From IMG/VR virus record IMGVR_UViG_3300009146_000015, positions 1 to 62,362 of that record: a stretch of DNA of 62,362 bases; one strand, 5' to 3'. Under the pieces are notes generated by a model. That model saw only the letters and a list, made by a program, of their open reading frames with translations, was not told the origin of the DNA and searched no databases. The DNA is from a virus. Taxonomy: Duplodnaviria > Caudoviricetes. Within the stretch, counting starts at the first letter, position 1. Every line of letters begins with the position of its first letter. Positions 29,323-39,594 of this stretch are shown here, in pieces. A program made the position numbers and the translations under genes.

Positions 29323-30192
29323 ATGTCTACCAAATCGTCAAAGAAGCTTGCGAATACGAATGCCTTCAATCCGGAGGTTTCCGCGTTCATCGCGTCGCAG
29401 GCTACCGCCATTGTGAAGAGCGAAGATATCTGGCCGGCCGCGTTCATTCAATGCGTAAAATGGGCAACACCGAACGGCGACGTGCCGCCTGTAATGACGC
29501 TGACGAACAAGGCCCCGAAGCCTGCGGCCGGAACCAAGGTTTCGGGCAAAGCAACGAAGGTCGGTAAGGCGGCGATTGTCGACGATGTAAGTCTTTTCGT
29601 CGACGCGCTCCGCGATCAAGTCAACGAGGAAGGCAAGGCGAAAGACGTCAGCATGACCGACAAAACCGCCAAGTCGCGCAAGTCGCTCTTGCGGTCGGCC
29701 GTCGGACTTGGCGCTCTGGAAAATATCAACGGTATCGACTTGCTCGCCGATGCACGTCTTGAGCGCAACGCATTGGCCGACGACGACAAGAAAAACTTGA
29801 TCGATTGCTACTATTCGATCGCCGTCGAGCAAATCAAGTCGCCTGAAAAGGCGCTCGACAAGACTAAGATCAAGTCGCTTGTCGAGAAAAAGAAGGCGGC
29901 AGAAAAGTCGCTCGGGCAGGTCTGGACAGATATGGCAAAGAAGCTTGTCGAATTGTCGAAAAACGACACGCTGCCCGGCCACCAGACACGCGGCAAGCTT
30001 GCCTTGCTTTTTCAGTCGGAAGCTAAGAAGCTTGTCAGCGCGGAAGAAGCAAAGCACAAGATGGACGAAGCCGAGACGGCAAAGGAAACTTACGCGGCGC
30101 TCACCGACGACGATAGCGGCGCGGCCGTTCTCGCAACGCTGGTCGGCCGTCCGAAGCGTACCGCGAAGGCGACCAACGGCAAGACGGCCTAG
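29323..30192 (+). CDS. Lys/Ala-rich early protein of unknown function
   Basis: Long ORF (GGAG upstream; start at 29314 or 29323), followed by a strong terminator. Confidence 0.7.
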   Translation: MSTKSSKKLANTNAFNPEVSAFIASQATAIVKSEDIWPAAFIQCVKWATPNGDVPPVMTLTNKAPKPAAGTKVSGKATKVGKAAIVDDVSLFVDALRDQVNEEGKAKDVSMTDKTAKSRKSLLRSAVGLGALENINGIDLLADARLERNALADDDKKNLIDCYYSIAVEQIKSPEKALDKTKIKSLVEKKKAAEKSLGQVWTDMAKKLVELSKNDTLPGHQTRGKLALLFQSEAKKLVSAEEAKHKMDEAETAKETYAALTDDDSGAAVLATLVGRPKRTAKATNGKTA

Positions 30193-30211
30193 TTACTTCG
30201 AAGGTAACGAG

Positions 30212-30246
30212 GGGAGAGGCGAAAGCCTCTCCCTTCTTATTTTTTG
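30212..30246 (+). terminator. Rho-independent terminator
   Basis: GGGAGAGGC-GAAA-GCCTCTCCC followed by a T-rich tail. Confidence 0.85.
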
Positions 30247-30337
30247 TTTCGCGCATTCCCCAACGAACCCGGGCGCGCGCGTGAAATGTAACGGTAATGA
30301 TTACCGTTACATTACAAAGTAACATAGGAGAAATGTG

Positions 30338-30746
30338 ATGATCCTCAACTATGTAATCCACAATCCCAACAATCCCAGCGAAGGCATGGGCATACAGGGA
30401 CGGACGCGAAGCGAGCAAGCCAACATCGAAGCAATCCTCGACATGCTCGGAGCCTGCTATACGGTCGAGATCGACGATCGCTGGCAGGCGAAATATGTGG
30501 CGCGTTACGGCCGCCGGCAGGTCCGCCATGACCAGACATGAGCTCGCCCTGATAATCATCCGGCAATATGGCGGTAAGGTATGGCACGAAGGGCCGTACT
30601 GGAACTGGTGCAAGTTCGGTAATCATGCCAGCGCCAGTAATGCTATGGAAATGTTACAGGAACGTTTCCGCTTCGTGATCGACATCGGTACATGGTGTCC
30701 GACCGTACCATTGATCGGGTTCCGTTACAGAATCGTTACGATGTAA
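30338..30746 (+). CDS. Two small overlapping early genes (30338-30541 and 30528-30746)
   Basis: AGGAG RBS; bounded by two terminators. Confidence 0.55.
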
Positions 30747-30759
30747 GTGAAATGTGATG

Positions 30760-30800
30760 GGCGGCCCCTCGGGGCCGCCTTTCATTTGTCATTTTTTTGT
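30760..30800 (+). terminator. Rho-independent terminator
   Basis: GGCGGCCCC-TC-GGGGCCGCC followed by TTTCATTTG..TTTTTTT. Confidence 0.8.
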
Positions 30801-31139
30801 AACGCGCATTCCCCACGAGCCCGAAAAGCGGTGAATTATGGAACATTATTACAGTTACATTACAATGTAATCTTATTGTAATCTAATTAATCGTAGCTCA
30901 ACCGGGGCGCGCACCATACGGCAGTGAGGGAGAAAGGCCAAGCCCTAAGCCAAGATTACTGGACCTTGAGTTGTATTTGATTACATCTCCTTATTATTAT
31001 TGTTAATGTTAAATAATTTATAAAACCACGGACACGAAAGAATACCAGAAGTTGTACATAGGCGTAAAGCTCTACAACTTATACGTCCTGACTTGTCTCT
31101 ATTGTCGGCGGGTTTGGTTAAACTATTAACACCAATGGC

Positions 31140-31170
31140 CTTGACACCCCGGCAATTAATAACGTGTAAT
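31140..31170 (+). promoter_or_regulatory. Putative sigma70 promoter
   Basis: TTGACA-N18-TGTAAT in an AT-rich region, upstream of the gene at 31204. Confidence 0.45.
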
Positions 31171-31203
31171 CCAGCCCCAAAACGTCGATTAACAAGAGGA
31201 GTA

Positions 31204-31731
31204 ATGAAAATGCGTCATCCAACACGCGTGGTCGACCCTGACGGGATTGCGTTCTCTTACAAGGATGTTTCCCAGATATACAATATCCCGATTGGCAGCA
31301 TTCGTGTGCGGGCCAGTCTGTGGCGACGCGAGCACGGTGATGCCGACGTGCCGCTTGCGGCCGTCCTGCGCCAGTCGAAGGACCTGATCACGATCAAGGT
31401 TCATAGCGACAAGCATACTCCTAAAACCTGGGACATGACCATCCCCGAGCTGGTCGAACATGTGGGTAAGCCACGGACCACTGTGATGCGGGCTCTCGAC
31501 CAATGGCGTGCGCTCTATTCCGAGGGGCCGGTCAATCTCCCCGGCTTCCGTCAGTTTGCCGTCCAATCGAAGCGTGTCCGCGACGCACAGCTACGCAGGC
31601 TCGACGCGGCGCGTCGTCGCGTCCTTCGTGAGGTTCGCGGCCTTGAGGTTGCGCATTCGGAGCGCCTGCTTGGCGACCCCTTAGAACCGACCCCAGACAC
31701 TAACAACGAGGGAGGGAACAATCCAGAGTAG
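31204..31731 (+). CDS. Arg-rich protein with two possible HTH segments
   Basis: SYKDVSQIYNIPIGSIRVR and MTIPELVEHVGKPRTTVMR; GAGGAG RBS. Confidence 0.55.
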   Translation: MKMRHPTRVVDPDGIAFSYKDVSQIYNIPIGSIRVRASLWRREHGDADVPLAAVLRQSKDLITIKVHSDKHTPKTWDMTIPELVEHVGKPRTTVMRALDQWRALYSEGPVNLPGFRQFAVQSKRVRDAQLRRLDAARRRVLREVRGLEVAHSERLLGDPLEPTPDTNNEGGNNPE

Positions 31732-31780
31732 CAACCCTAGCGTGTAACTTTCCACAATGTTACTTTGAAAGGTAACCACA

Positions 31781-34668
31781 ATGGCCGAGGACTACGAAAA
31801 GCTCGCCCGCGCTGCCGGCTGGCATGGCCCTGACGCCCAAGGCTGGTGGTATCGCAGGTACAAACGCGGGGACAGTGCGGCCCTGCGTTCATTACACAAA
31901 CATGCGCCAGAGCAGAGGCGAAACTACCTGCAAACGCACGGATACCAGAGACTGCATGCGTTGACTGCACTGCACGCGGTGACGTTCGACCTGCGTAAGG
32001 ACGTCCTGAGTGATGAACTGAACCCACCCAAAGGAGACCAAAATGACTAACCCTGATCTGTACGCCATCGTCACCCTGATCTCGGGTCGACGCTATTACT
32101 GGAAGCGCGCCCGCAAGGGCGCAAAGAACACATCTGGCTCATGGGGATACTTCCTCGATGCCAGCGTGTTCACTGCCGACGAGCGCAAGCAAACCACCCT
32201 GCCGCCTAATGGCGCATGGGTAAGCGTGCTGCATGGCATGGGCAAGAACCACTACTATCCTGCCGACAGCGTGCTGCACTACCCTACTCAGCACGCTGCC
32301 GAGTAACACACCCACCCCTTACCGCAACGTTACTTTGAAAGGTAACCGTAATGATAGAAGTACTCGGAATGATCTGGGCGATCGGCGTGCCGATCTACTG
32401 GATCCACGCCATTAACGAAGCTCACGCCGTACGTCAGCCCCTCGTGCCAGCCATGTTCGAGTGTGCACCGCTGGCGCTGATCTGGCCGCTGATGCTCACC
32501 GACAGAAACCCACGGAGGTGGTGATGGAAATCAAGGAAATGCATCACACCATGCAGAAGCTGCACGAGCTGGTCGAGGAGATGGCCGGTGAGCGTTGCGA
32601 GGATTACGACCCGGGCTGTGCCACCTGTCAGATGTGGGCCAAGCACGATATCCTCACCAACGCGCTGGATGACGTGATCAACTTCACATACCCGCAATCA
32701 GTGGTGCGGGGCTGAACTCCAACAAAAATATCACCTCAACGTTACAACGTCTCGGTGATCAACATTACTTTGGAAGGTAACCAAAATGTTGAATGATATC
32801 GAACGTGCAGCCCGTCTTGTGGAACTGCAGGTACTGCTGTCTTGTTACGGGCAGGGCGACGACAGCAAGAAGCGCAAGCTTGCCATCGAGCTGCTGGTCG
32901 GTAAGCCCGACGGCGATCAGACCGATCGGCTGGCGCAGCTTGCCATCATGATCGCCACGGGTGGCGTTGGAGTGGCGCCATGACGCTCCCCGTTAAGCCC
33001 CACCCCTCGCTGACTTTCGAGCGCGTGCTCGAAGCAGCGCTCCGCCAGCAGAACACACTGGATAACCCAGGCTTCTGTATCGCATGCGGCCGCGAGCAGG
33101 ACGGCTGCGAGCCGGATGCCCGCAACATCAGGTGCGAGATCTGCTTCGAACGCCAGGTGTTCGGTGCCGCCGAGCTGATGGTCATGCTCGGATGGTGAGC
33201 CAGATCGTGTTCGGAGCGCTGGTGCCCGATCGCCTCGACAACGCCGCCAGTTCAAGCGCCACCGTCGGCACCGAAGATGGTGGTCAGGCGGTGGTCATCA
33301 CCATCAGCAGCGACCCGGCAGCCGGCAACCTGCCGGAAGCCGACCGCCTGTTCCTGCGCATCCAGTCGTGGGACGAAACCAAGGAGCACACTGCCATCAA
33401 ACACCTGCTTGGCAAGCAGCTGACTGTTACTATCGATGTAACCGAGCCCACCCAAACCTAACCCACCCGCACAGGACGCTACGCATCCTGTGCTAAAGCA
33501 AAGGAGAACCCCGATGGGCATTGACATCTATTTGAAATGGAAGGGTATGACTGCTGCAGACCAGCAGGCGCAATACACCGGCTTCAGCACTGTTGCCGGC
33601 GACATCGGCTACTTGCGTGAGGCGTACCATGGTGCGCCCTATGCCACCCGCTACTTCGTCAGCGAGGCGTTCGAGTACGAGTACGACGCCGACCCCAACC
33701 TCGAAAGCGAGGACGTCGGCTATGTGCCGATCCCCGCTGCCACCTTGCGCGAGCGCCTGCCCTATGCCGTGATCCTCACCATTGCCCGCGACATGATCGT
33801 CTACGGCAACGACGAGGACGTTGGCGTGTTCGAGCTTCCGCCCAACACGTCCGACCCTGTTCCCGGCGAACTACCGCCTGAGATCATGCCCGCGCTTGCC
33901 AAAGTGTTCGGCGGCATCACCACCATGCGTGGCGGCTCCATCGAAAACTACATGGTCGAGCGTACTCCGCCCGAGCTGCTCAAGATGGTTGACGCGCGCA
34001 TTCGGGCGCGCTCATTGCCGGACTACGCATTGAGCTACGTCGACTTCTGCCGCCTGGCGGAGCTCAAGGAGCAGGAGACTGGCGAGCCGGTGCGGATCCT
34101 CGCCTCATACTAGCACACCACCGCACGACCCGAGGGGGGCGGCAAACCCCCCTCGGTGTACCTTAACCACAGGTTACTTTCTGAAGTAACCCACAACCAA
34201 AGGAGACCCACAATGACCAACATCAATCGTCGCTTTTTCGGTGAACTGGCGGACTGCCTGCGTGCCGGCGAAGCCAGTCAGCCGCTCATCTTCCAGATCG
34301 CTGACGTCCTCAACCGCAACTGCTCGCACTTTAAGCGCGACTGGTTCCTCGCTGAAGCGGGGTACCAGCCCGAGCACCTGAGCTTGCGTGTGCTCAAGCT
34401 CGGCAACAAGATGAAGATCGTGCCGTTGCATCCCTCGCCTGAGAGCATAACCGCCGACGATGAGCAATCGACCACCACCGTGGAAGAGAAGCAGGCGGTA
34501 GCTGACTTCCTGACCAACGCCCCGCGTCGCGGCTGGCTGTTCGACGAGAACGGCAAGGAGCGGGAGATGACGCCAGAGGAAGTCGCGCGATCGTACCCGG
34601 CGCCAAAAGGGTGGGATCAGATCGAACCCGGACCGGAGCAGAGTTTTGCTCCAAACAAGGAGAAGTAA
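31781..34668 (+). CDS. Cluster of small early hypothetical genes (31781-32050, 32043-32306, 32351-32524, 32524-32715, 32786-32983, 32980-33198 Zn-finger, 33192-33461, 33514-34113, 34213-34668)
   Basis: Co-oriented with coupled start/stop codons and RBSs; 32980 ORF has CxxC...CxxC; 32351 is a 57-aa hydrophobic ORF below the track cutoff. Confidence 0.6.
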
Positions 34669-34716
34669 CCGCGCATCAACCAACCCATCACTTACCACCC
34701 ACCCACAGGAGACCTG

Positions 34717-34938
34717 ATGAGTACCAGATACGAATTAGACCCCACCCTTGCCGATGTCCTCAACCGGATTAGCGACCTGACCCCGCGTCAGATCGAGATC
34801 CGGTCTGGCGTCAGCACCCAGACCATCCGCAACTGGCGGAACGGTAGGACCCGGCGCCCCCAGAACATCACGCTGGAGTTCGCGTTGCGAGCTGCCGGCT
34901 ACAAGCGGGTGATCGTCAAGGACAACAGCAGAAGGTAA
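34717..34938 (+). CDS. XRE/Cro-family HTH regulator
   Basis: RQIEIRSGVSTQTIRNWRNGRTRRPQ..TLE; AGGAG RBS. Confidence 0.8.
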   Translation: MSTRYELDPTLADVLNRISDLTPRQIEIRSGVSTQTIRNWRNGRTRRPQNITLEFALRAAGYKRVIVKDNSRR

Positions 34939-34954
34939 CCCACAGGAGACTACG

Positions 34955-36407
34955 ATGAGTGACAGTAACGAGGAAGATCGCACTAATTTCCCCCCCACTA
35001 ACCGCCCACCGCCGCCCGAGAACATCCCGCCTGACAAGAAAGCAGTGTGGGTGGTAGCCCACGCATCATCGAAGGGCAAACACATCCCCGGCAAGTGGCG
35101 GGTGATCAACCGGCGCGTCAAACCCAACGCGAAGAAGCGGGGACCGAAGCTGGGCCAGCCGAGGATGACCAACGTCGCGCACGCCAGCTACGTGCTGGAG
35201 CGGCTTGATCCGGTGGTGGCATTCATTCAGGGCATCGCCCTGCATAACCGGCACCCTTACGACGACGACCTTGCCGACATCCTGCGCATCTGCCGGCACG
35301 CCCTCTACGATGCGCGCTCGTTCATCAACCGCTTCACGACCAGCCCACCGCTGCCCGACGAGGCGGAGGATGAGTAGGTACATCGTCGTCGTCAACGGCA
35401 AGCTGTACCTCGTCGCAAAACGTCTGCCGGGGACACCCCCGGTGTATCACACTATCGCAATTACCAGACATCTATCCACAGCCAATGATATAGTGGATAG
35501 GTTAAACCAGAGTAAGGAGCCGACACATCTCGCATAATGCTCGATGTGCCTCCTCCATAGGAGTAAGCAAATGAACATTGCTACAATGGTCGGCACCCCG
35601 CGCAAGCGGGCTGACGACGGCTTCGCCTTCTGCCCGGACAATGGTCCGTCCCGGCTGATCCGCTATGATCTGCCGTGGTCGGATTTTGGGCTGGTGGCGG
35701 CGCTCGACTTCGACCAGAACCTGTTGCGTGTCTGCCGTGAGCTCTACGACGAGCTTAGCGAGATGCAACAGCACATCGTGCTGAAGACCCGTGATGAGTT
35801 CACCTACCTCAAGGATCTGCAGCAGTACTAACCAATTGCTGGCCGTAGTACCTGCCCCCCAGCAGTGGCCAGGGAGGGTGGACGTTTAGCCAAGGCGTCG
35901 CGACCCTCACCTTACTTCCAAAGTAACCCACCCAAAGGACACTTCGTGTCCTGTGCTAAAGCAAAGGAGAAACACCATGAAACTTCTTACACCGACGTTC
36001 ATCGAGGACATTCTCGAACGGGCAGCGCAGATCGAGAAGATCTACGATGCCCTCACCCCCGAGCAGAAAGCGGAGGTCGATGCCTATAACCAGCGCCTCA
36101 TCGCCGCGGCGGAGAGTGGTGATCCCAAGCAGGTTGCTGCCCTGCCAGTCAACCCGATGCTGGCATACATCGACGCTGCCGAGGATACCGCCATGCATCT
36201 CGGACAAAAGCTATGAGCGTGTTCTGGTTCGCCAAAGGCGGTAGCAAGGCTGGGATCTACTCCATCGGCCTTGGCAATATCGAGGTCGCAGTGATCACTG
36301 CTGGCACCGATGAGCAGGCAGCGCAGTGGGCGCAGGTCTGCACCCGGGCGCTGAACGAGCACGAGCGCAAGCTGCGCCGGCTGGCGGAAGAGCTGGACCC
36401 CGAGTGA
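34955..36407 (+). CDS. Small early hypothetical genes (34955-35377, 35370-35537, 35571-35831, 35977-36216, 36213-36407)
   Basis: Co-oriented with RBSs and coupled junctions. Confidence 0.55.
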
Positions 36408-36429
36408 CGCGCGCATTCGGAGTTCCGTG

Positions 36430-37207
36430 ATGGGCTGGGAAATCAACCATCTCCCTGCCGGCTGGCGCCGCCCGCCGCTGCTTGAGAAGTGGTTCGGGGA
36501 GAAATTCCCGAACATGGAGTTCGTCGTCCGGCGGTTCAAAAGTCACCGCGACGGGCAGAGCTATGTCAGCGTCAAAGCGGTGGTCAGGGGCAAGCCCAGT
36601 CACTTGCTCCTCCATCGCCACATCCCGCTAACCGAGCTGGCGTCGGTCGACGGCCAGCACCTGATCGTGAGCCAGCTATGGCTAGTGCAACCGACCCCAT
36701 AGGGCTGCATCACTACAATCGTTGGCGCGTTGCCGATCAACTGGAGGAGAAGCTCCGTCCCATGTTCCCGACCTTGTACTGCAACGTGCAACCGGCGCCA
36801 GAGATCGGGTTCGTGGTTGTCAAAGTTTCCCAACGCGATCCGGTTTATGGCGTTGGTGCCAACTACGTGTTCGAGAATACCGAGAGTGTGTACGGGTTCC
36901 CGAATGAATTACTGGTGGCACGGCTATGGCTAGTACAACCAAATTCATGAAGGGCGCAAAGCCCGGCTGGGGTGTCGCCCAGCAACTCGCCAGCCGGCTC
37001 AACAAGGAGTGCATGGGTCGACTGTGGATCAGTGTGTATAGCGAGTACAGCCCCGATACCAACGTCGAAGCCTACCACATCATCGCCAAGCATCCGACGA
37101 CCGGTGAGCCCCGGTTCCGGCGCCTGGTCACCACCAACGAGCTCTTATCAGAGGAGGGCGTCGAGCTGCTGATGACGCAGCTATACTTAGTTGAACCACC
37201 CACATAG
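36430..37207 (+). CDS. Three tandem paralogous ~90-aa genes (36430-36702, 36678-36950, 36926-37207)
   Basis: Shared C-terminus L(I/L)(V/M).(Q/R)L(W/Y)LV(Q/E)P. Confidence 0.7.
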
Positions 37208-37239
37208 TTACTACCAAAAGTAACCAATAGGAGACCGAT

Positions 37240-38382
37240 ATGAGACTGTCAGACCTACGGGACGTCCTCGTGGCGTTCATCGATGCGGGCATCGCCGTGG
37301 TGGTCGAGAGCCCACCCGGCCGCGGCAAGTCGACCTTCATGGAAGACCTGATCCAGTACTTCACCCATCGCGACGGCTACACGTGGGGCTATCAGGCCAT
37401 GTTCATGGCCACCCAGACGCCGACCGAGATGCAGGGCTACCAGTTCAAGGGTGAGCGCTGGTGGGACGACAACGGCAAGCTCGTCAAGCCCGGTACAAAG
37501 GGCGTGGAAGCGACGGCGGTGACCGAGCCGTCTCTCCCGCCGTGGATGCTGTCGAATGAAGGCAAGCCGATCTGGGCCTATCGCAGGGGCATCCTGGCGC
37601 TGGAGGAGTACGGGCAGGGCGAGGCCGACGTCAAGCGGGCGACGGCACAGCTCCTGCTCAAGGGCGAGCTTGGGCCGTTCCGCATCCCCGGCTTCCAGAC
37701 TGGCGACGGCTGGGGCATCGTCGCCCTGACCAACGGATCCGGTGACCGCTCCGGCGTGACGAAGAACTTCGACTTCGTCATCAACCGGGTGGCGTGGATC
37801 AGGCTGACCGACGACATCGTCGGCACCGAGACGGCGCTGATCAAGCGTAACGTTTTGCCGGCACTGGTGGCGTTCGCCCACCAGCATCCCGAGGTGGTGC
37901 TCAGCCCCGGCGTCCCCGAGAAGCAGGGACCGTGGATGACGCCGCGGACGCTCGAGATGACGTCGAAATTCCTCACTCAGTGGCGGAAGGTCAACGGTGA
38001 GGACAAGGTGCCGACCACGGGCGTCACCATGGAGGCGATGGCGGCAATGATCGGGCACGAGGCTGCGATGAGCGTCCTCAACTTCATCCGCCTCGATCAG
38101 GAGATGCCGACCATCGAGCAGATTGTCGCGGCGCCGGACACTTGTGCCATCCCGGACAGCCTCGATGCCCGCTACCTGATCTGCTACTCGCTGGCGCATC
38201 GCGTCACCGAGAAGAATGCCGAGAAGGTGCTGATCTATGTCGATCGGCTCGGCAAGGAATTCAGCGTCACCTTCGCCAAGGCGGCATGCGGTCGCCTGCC
38301 GATGCTGGCGCTGACCCCCTCGTTCACCACCTGGGCGAAGGGCAACTCCAGCCTGATGGCGCTGATGCAGCAGTTCAAGTGA
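37240..38382 (+). CDS. MoxR/dynein-related AAA+ ATPase
   Basis: SPPGRGKS Walker A; LALEE Walker B; TPRT sensor motif. Confidence 0.8.
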   Translation: MRLSDLRDVLVAFIDAGIAVVVESPPGRGKSTFMEDLIQYFTHRDGYTWGYQAMFMATQTPTEMQGYQFKGERWWDDNGKLVKPGTKGVEATAVTEPSLPPWMLSNEGKPIWAYRRGILALEEYGQGEADVKRATAQLLLKGELGPFRIPGFQTGDGWGIVALTNGSGDRSGVTKNFDFVINRVAWIRLTDDIVGTETALIKRNVLPALVAFAHQHPEVVLSPGVPEKQGPWMTPRTLEMTSKFLTQWRKVNGEDKVPTTGVTMEAMAAMIGHEAAMSVLNFIRLDQEMPTIEQIVAAPDTCAIPDSLDARYLICYSLAHRVTEKNAEKVLIYVDRLGKEFSVTFAKAACGRLPMLALTPSFTTWAKGNSSLMALMQQFK

Positions 38383-38465
38383 GCGCTGACACGAGCCAGG
38401 CTCGTGCAATGCAGTGGGTTTAGGCCCACTGCAATCTCACCCACATTACTTTCGGAGGTAACCAC

Positions 38466-39340
38466 TTGATGTACGACGATAAATTCAGCGAGAAGCGTTA
38501 CGAGATCCAGCGAGCTCGTGACCGCGATCTGGAGCGCATCGACGAGGACCACGAGATGTTCAACCGCTACCTCGACGCGTTCAACACCTACCCGATCGTG
38601 CTCTATGACCTGACTGACCAGAACCTGCTTTGGAGCAAGTACCAGATCAACCTGTCCAAGATTTTAGCGGACCGTTGCAAGGCGAAGGGTTGGCTGTTCG
38701 TCGACGCGTACCGGTATGGCAGCTTCCAGAATTCGATCCGGATGGTCGTGCCGCGCAACAGAAAGACGCCGAAGCTGGTGTCCAATCTGATGCTGCTCAA
38801 CGACGGCACCAATGCCCACGTTGGCATCTACACCAAGTCACGGTCGTGGCAATTCGATTTTGCCGGTGCAGACGGGCAGAAATTGTACGACGCCTGGATC
38901 GAAAACTGCAAACAGGATGTGGTGTCGCAGATGGTCCTCGGCTTTGGCCCGGGGGAGAATGGTGAATACAACTACGACATGGGAGAAGACCAACTACTAT
39001 GATCACGATCAATATCGAACTCAGAACCATGTTCAGCATGGCGGAGAAGGATGCGGTGATGCTCAAGCTCACGCGCATTCTATGCAAGCAATTGCTGGCT
39101 CAGGCAGCTTTGATGCAGGAGAGGTTCCCCTGCAAGCTGAAGATAACCTGCGGCGAGTTCAACGAAGCCGAAGAGGAGGTGCTGCTGTTCGACGAGGACG
39201 GCAACGAGTTCGACACCGAGGTCATCGAGGCGATCGAGCGTTTCGACATCATGAACAAGGGCAAGCTCGCCCGTGTCGTCGTTAACGCGCCGAAGCGCCC
39301 CGACGTGATGGAGGATAGCGACGAGGAGGAAGCTCGATGA
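38466..39340 (+). CDS. Two hypothetical proteins (38466-39002 and 38999-39340)
   Basis: Coupled ORFs within the operon. Confidence 0.6.
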
Positions 39341-39555
39341 GAACTCTGCGCGTCAGGCAGGTTGCAACAAAGCTTGGTGTCAGCGTCCAAACTATCTGGC
39401 GCTGGCGCCACACCAACCCTGGTTTCCCGCAATCCTTCAAGCTGACGCCGGGCACCACCGTGTGGTCGGAGCAGGAGATCGACGACTGGCTGAACAATCT
39501 CACGCGGCGCGAAGCAACGCGGATGAAGCTGCCAGAGGAGGAACTCGATAACTGA
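39337..39555 (+). CDS. AlpA-family transcriptional regulator
   Basis: LRVRQVATKLGVSVQTIWRW....FPQSFKL....VWSEQEIDDWL. Confidence 0.85.
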   Translation: MRTLRVRQVATKLGVSVQTIWRWRHTNPGFPQSFKLTPGTTVWSEQEIDDWLNNLTRREATRMKLPEEELDN

Positions 39556-39594
39556 TTACTTCGGAAGTAACCACCCATCAACAGGAGATCTAAC

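Noticed and set aside
30990-31170. CtrA boxes in the AT-rich region
   Set aside because: Several TTAA half-sites are present, but I found none with the TTAA-N7-TTAA spacing.
35472-35500. Inverted CTATCCAC pair resembling DnaA boxes
   Set aside because: Both mismatch TTATCCACA, there are only two copies, and they lie inside a small ORF; support is insufficient.
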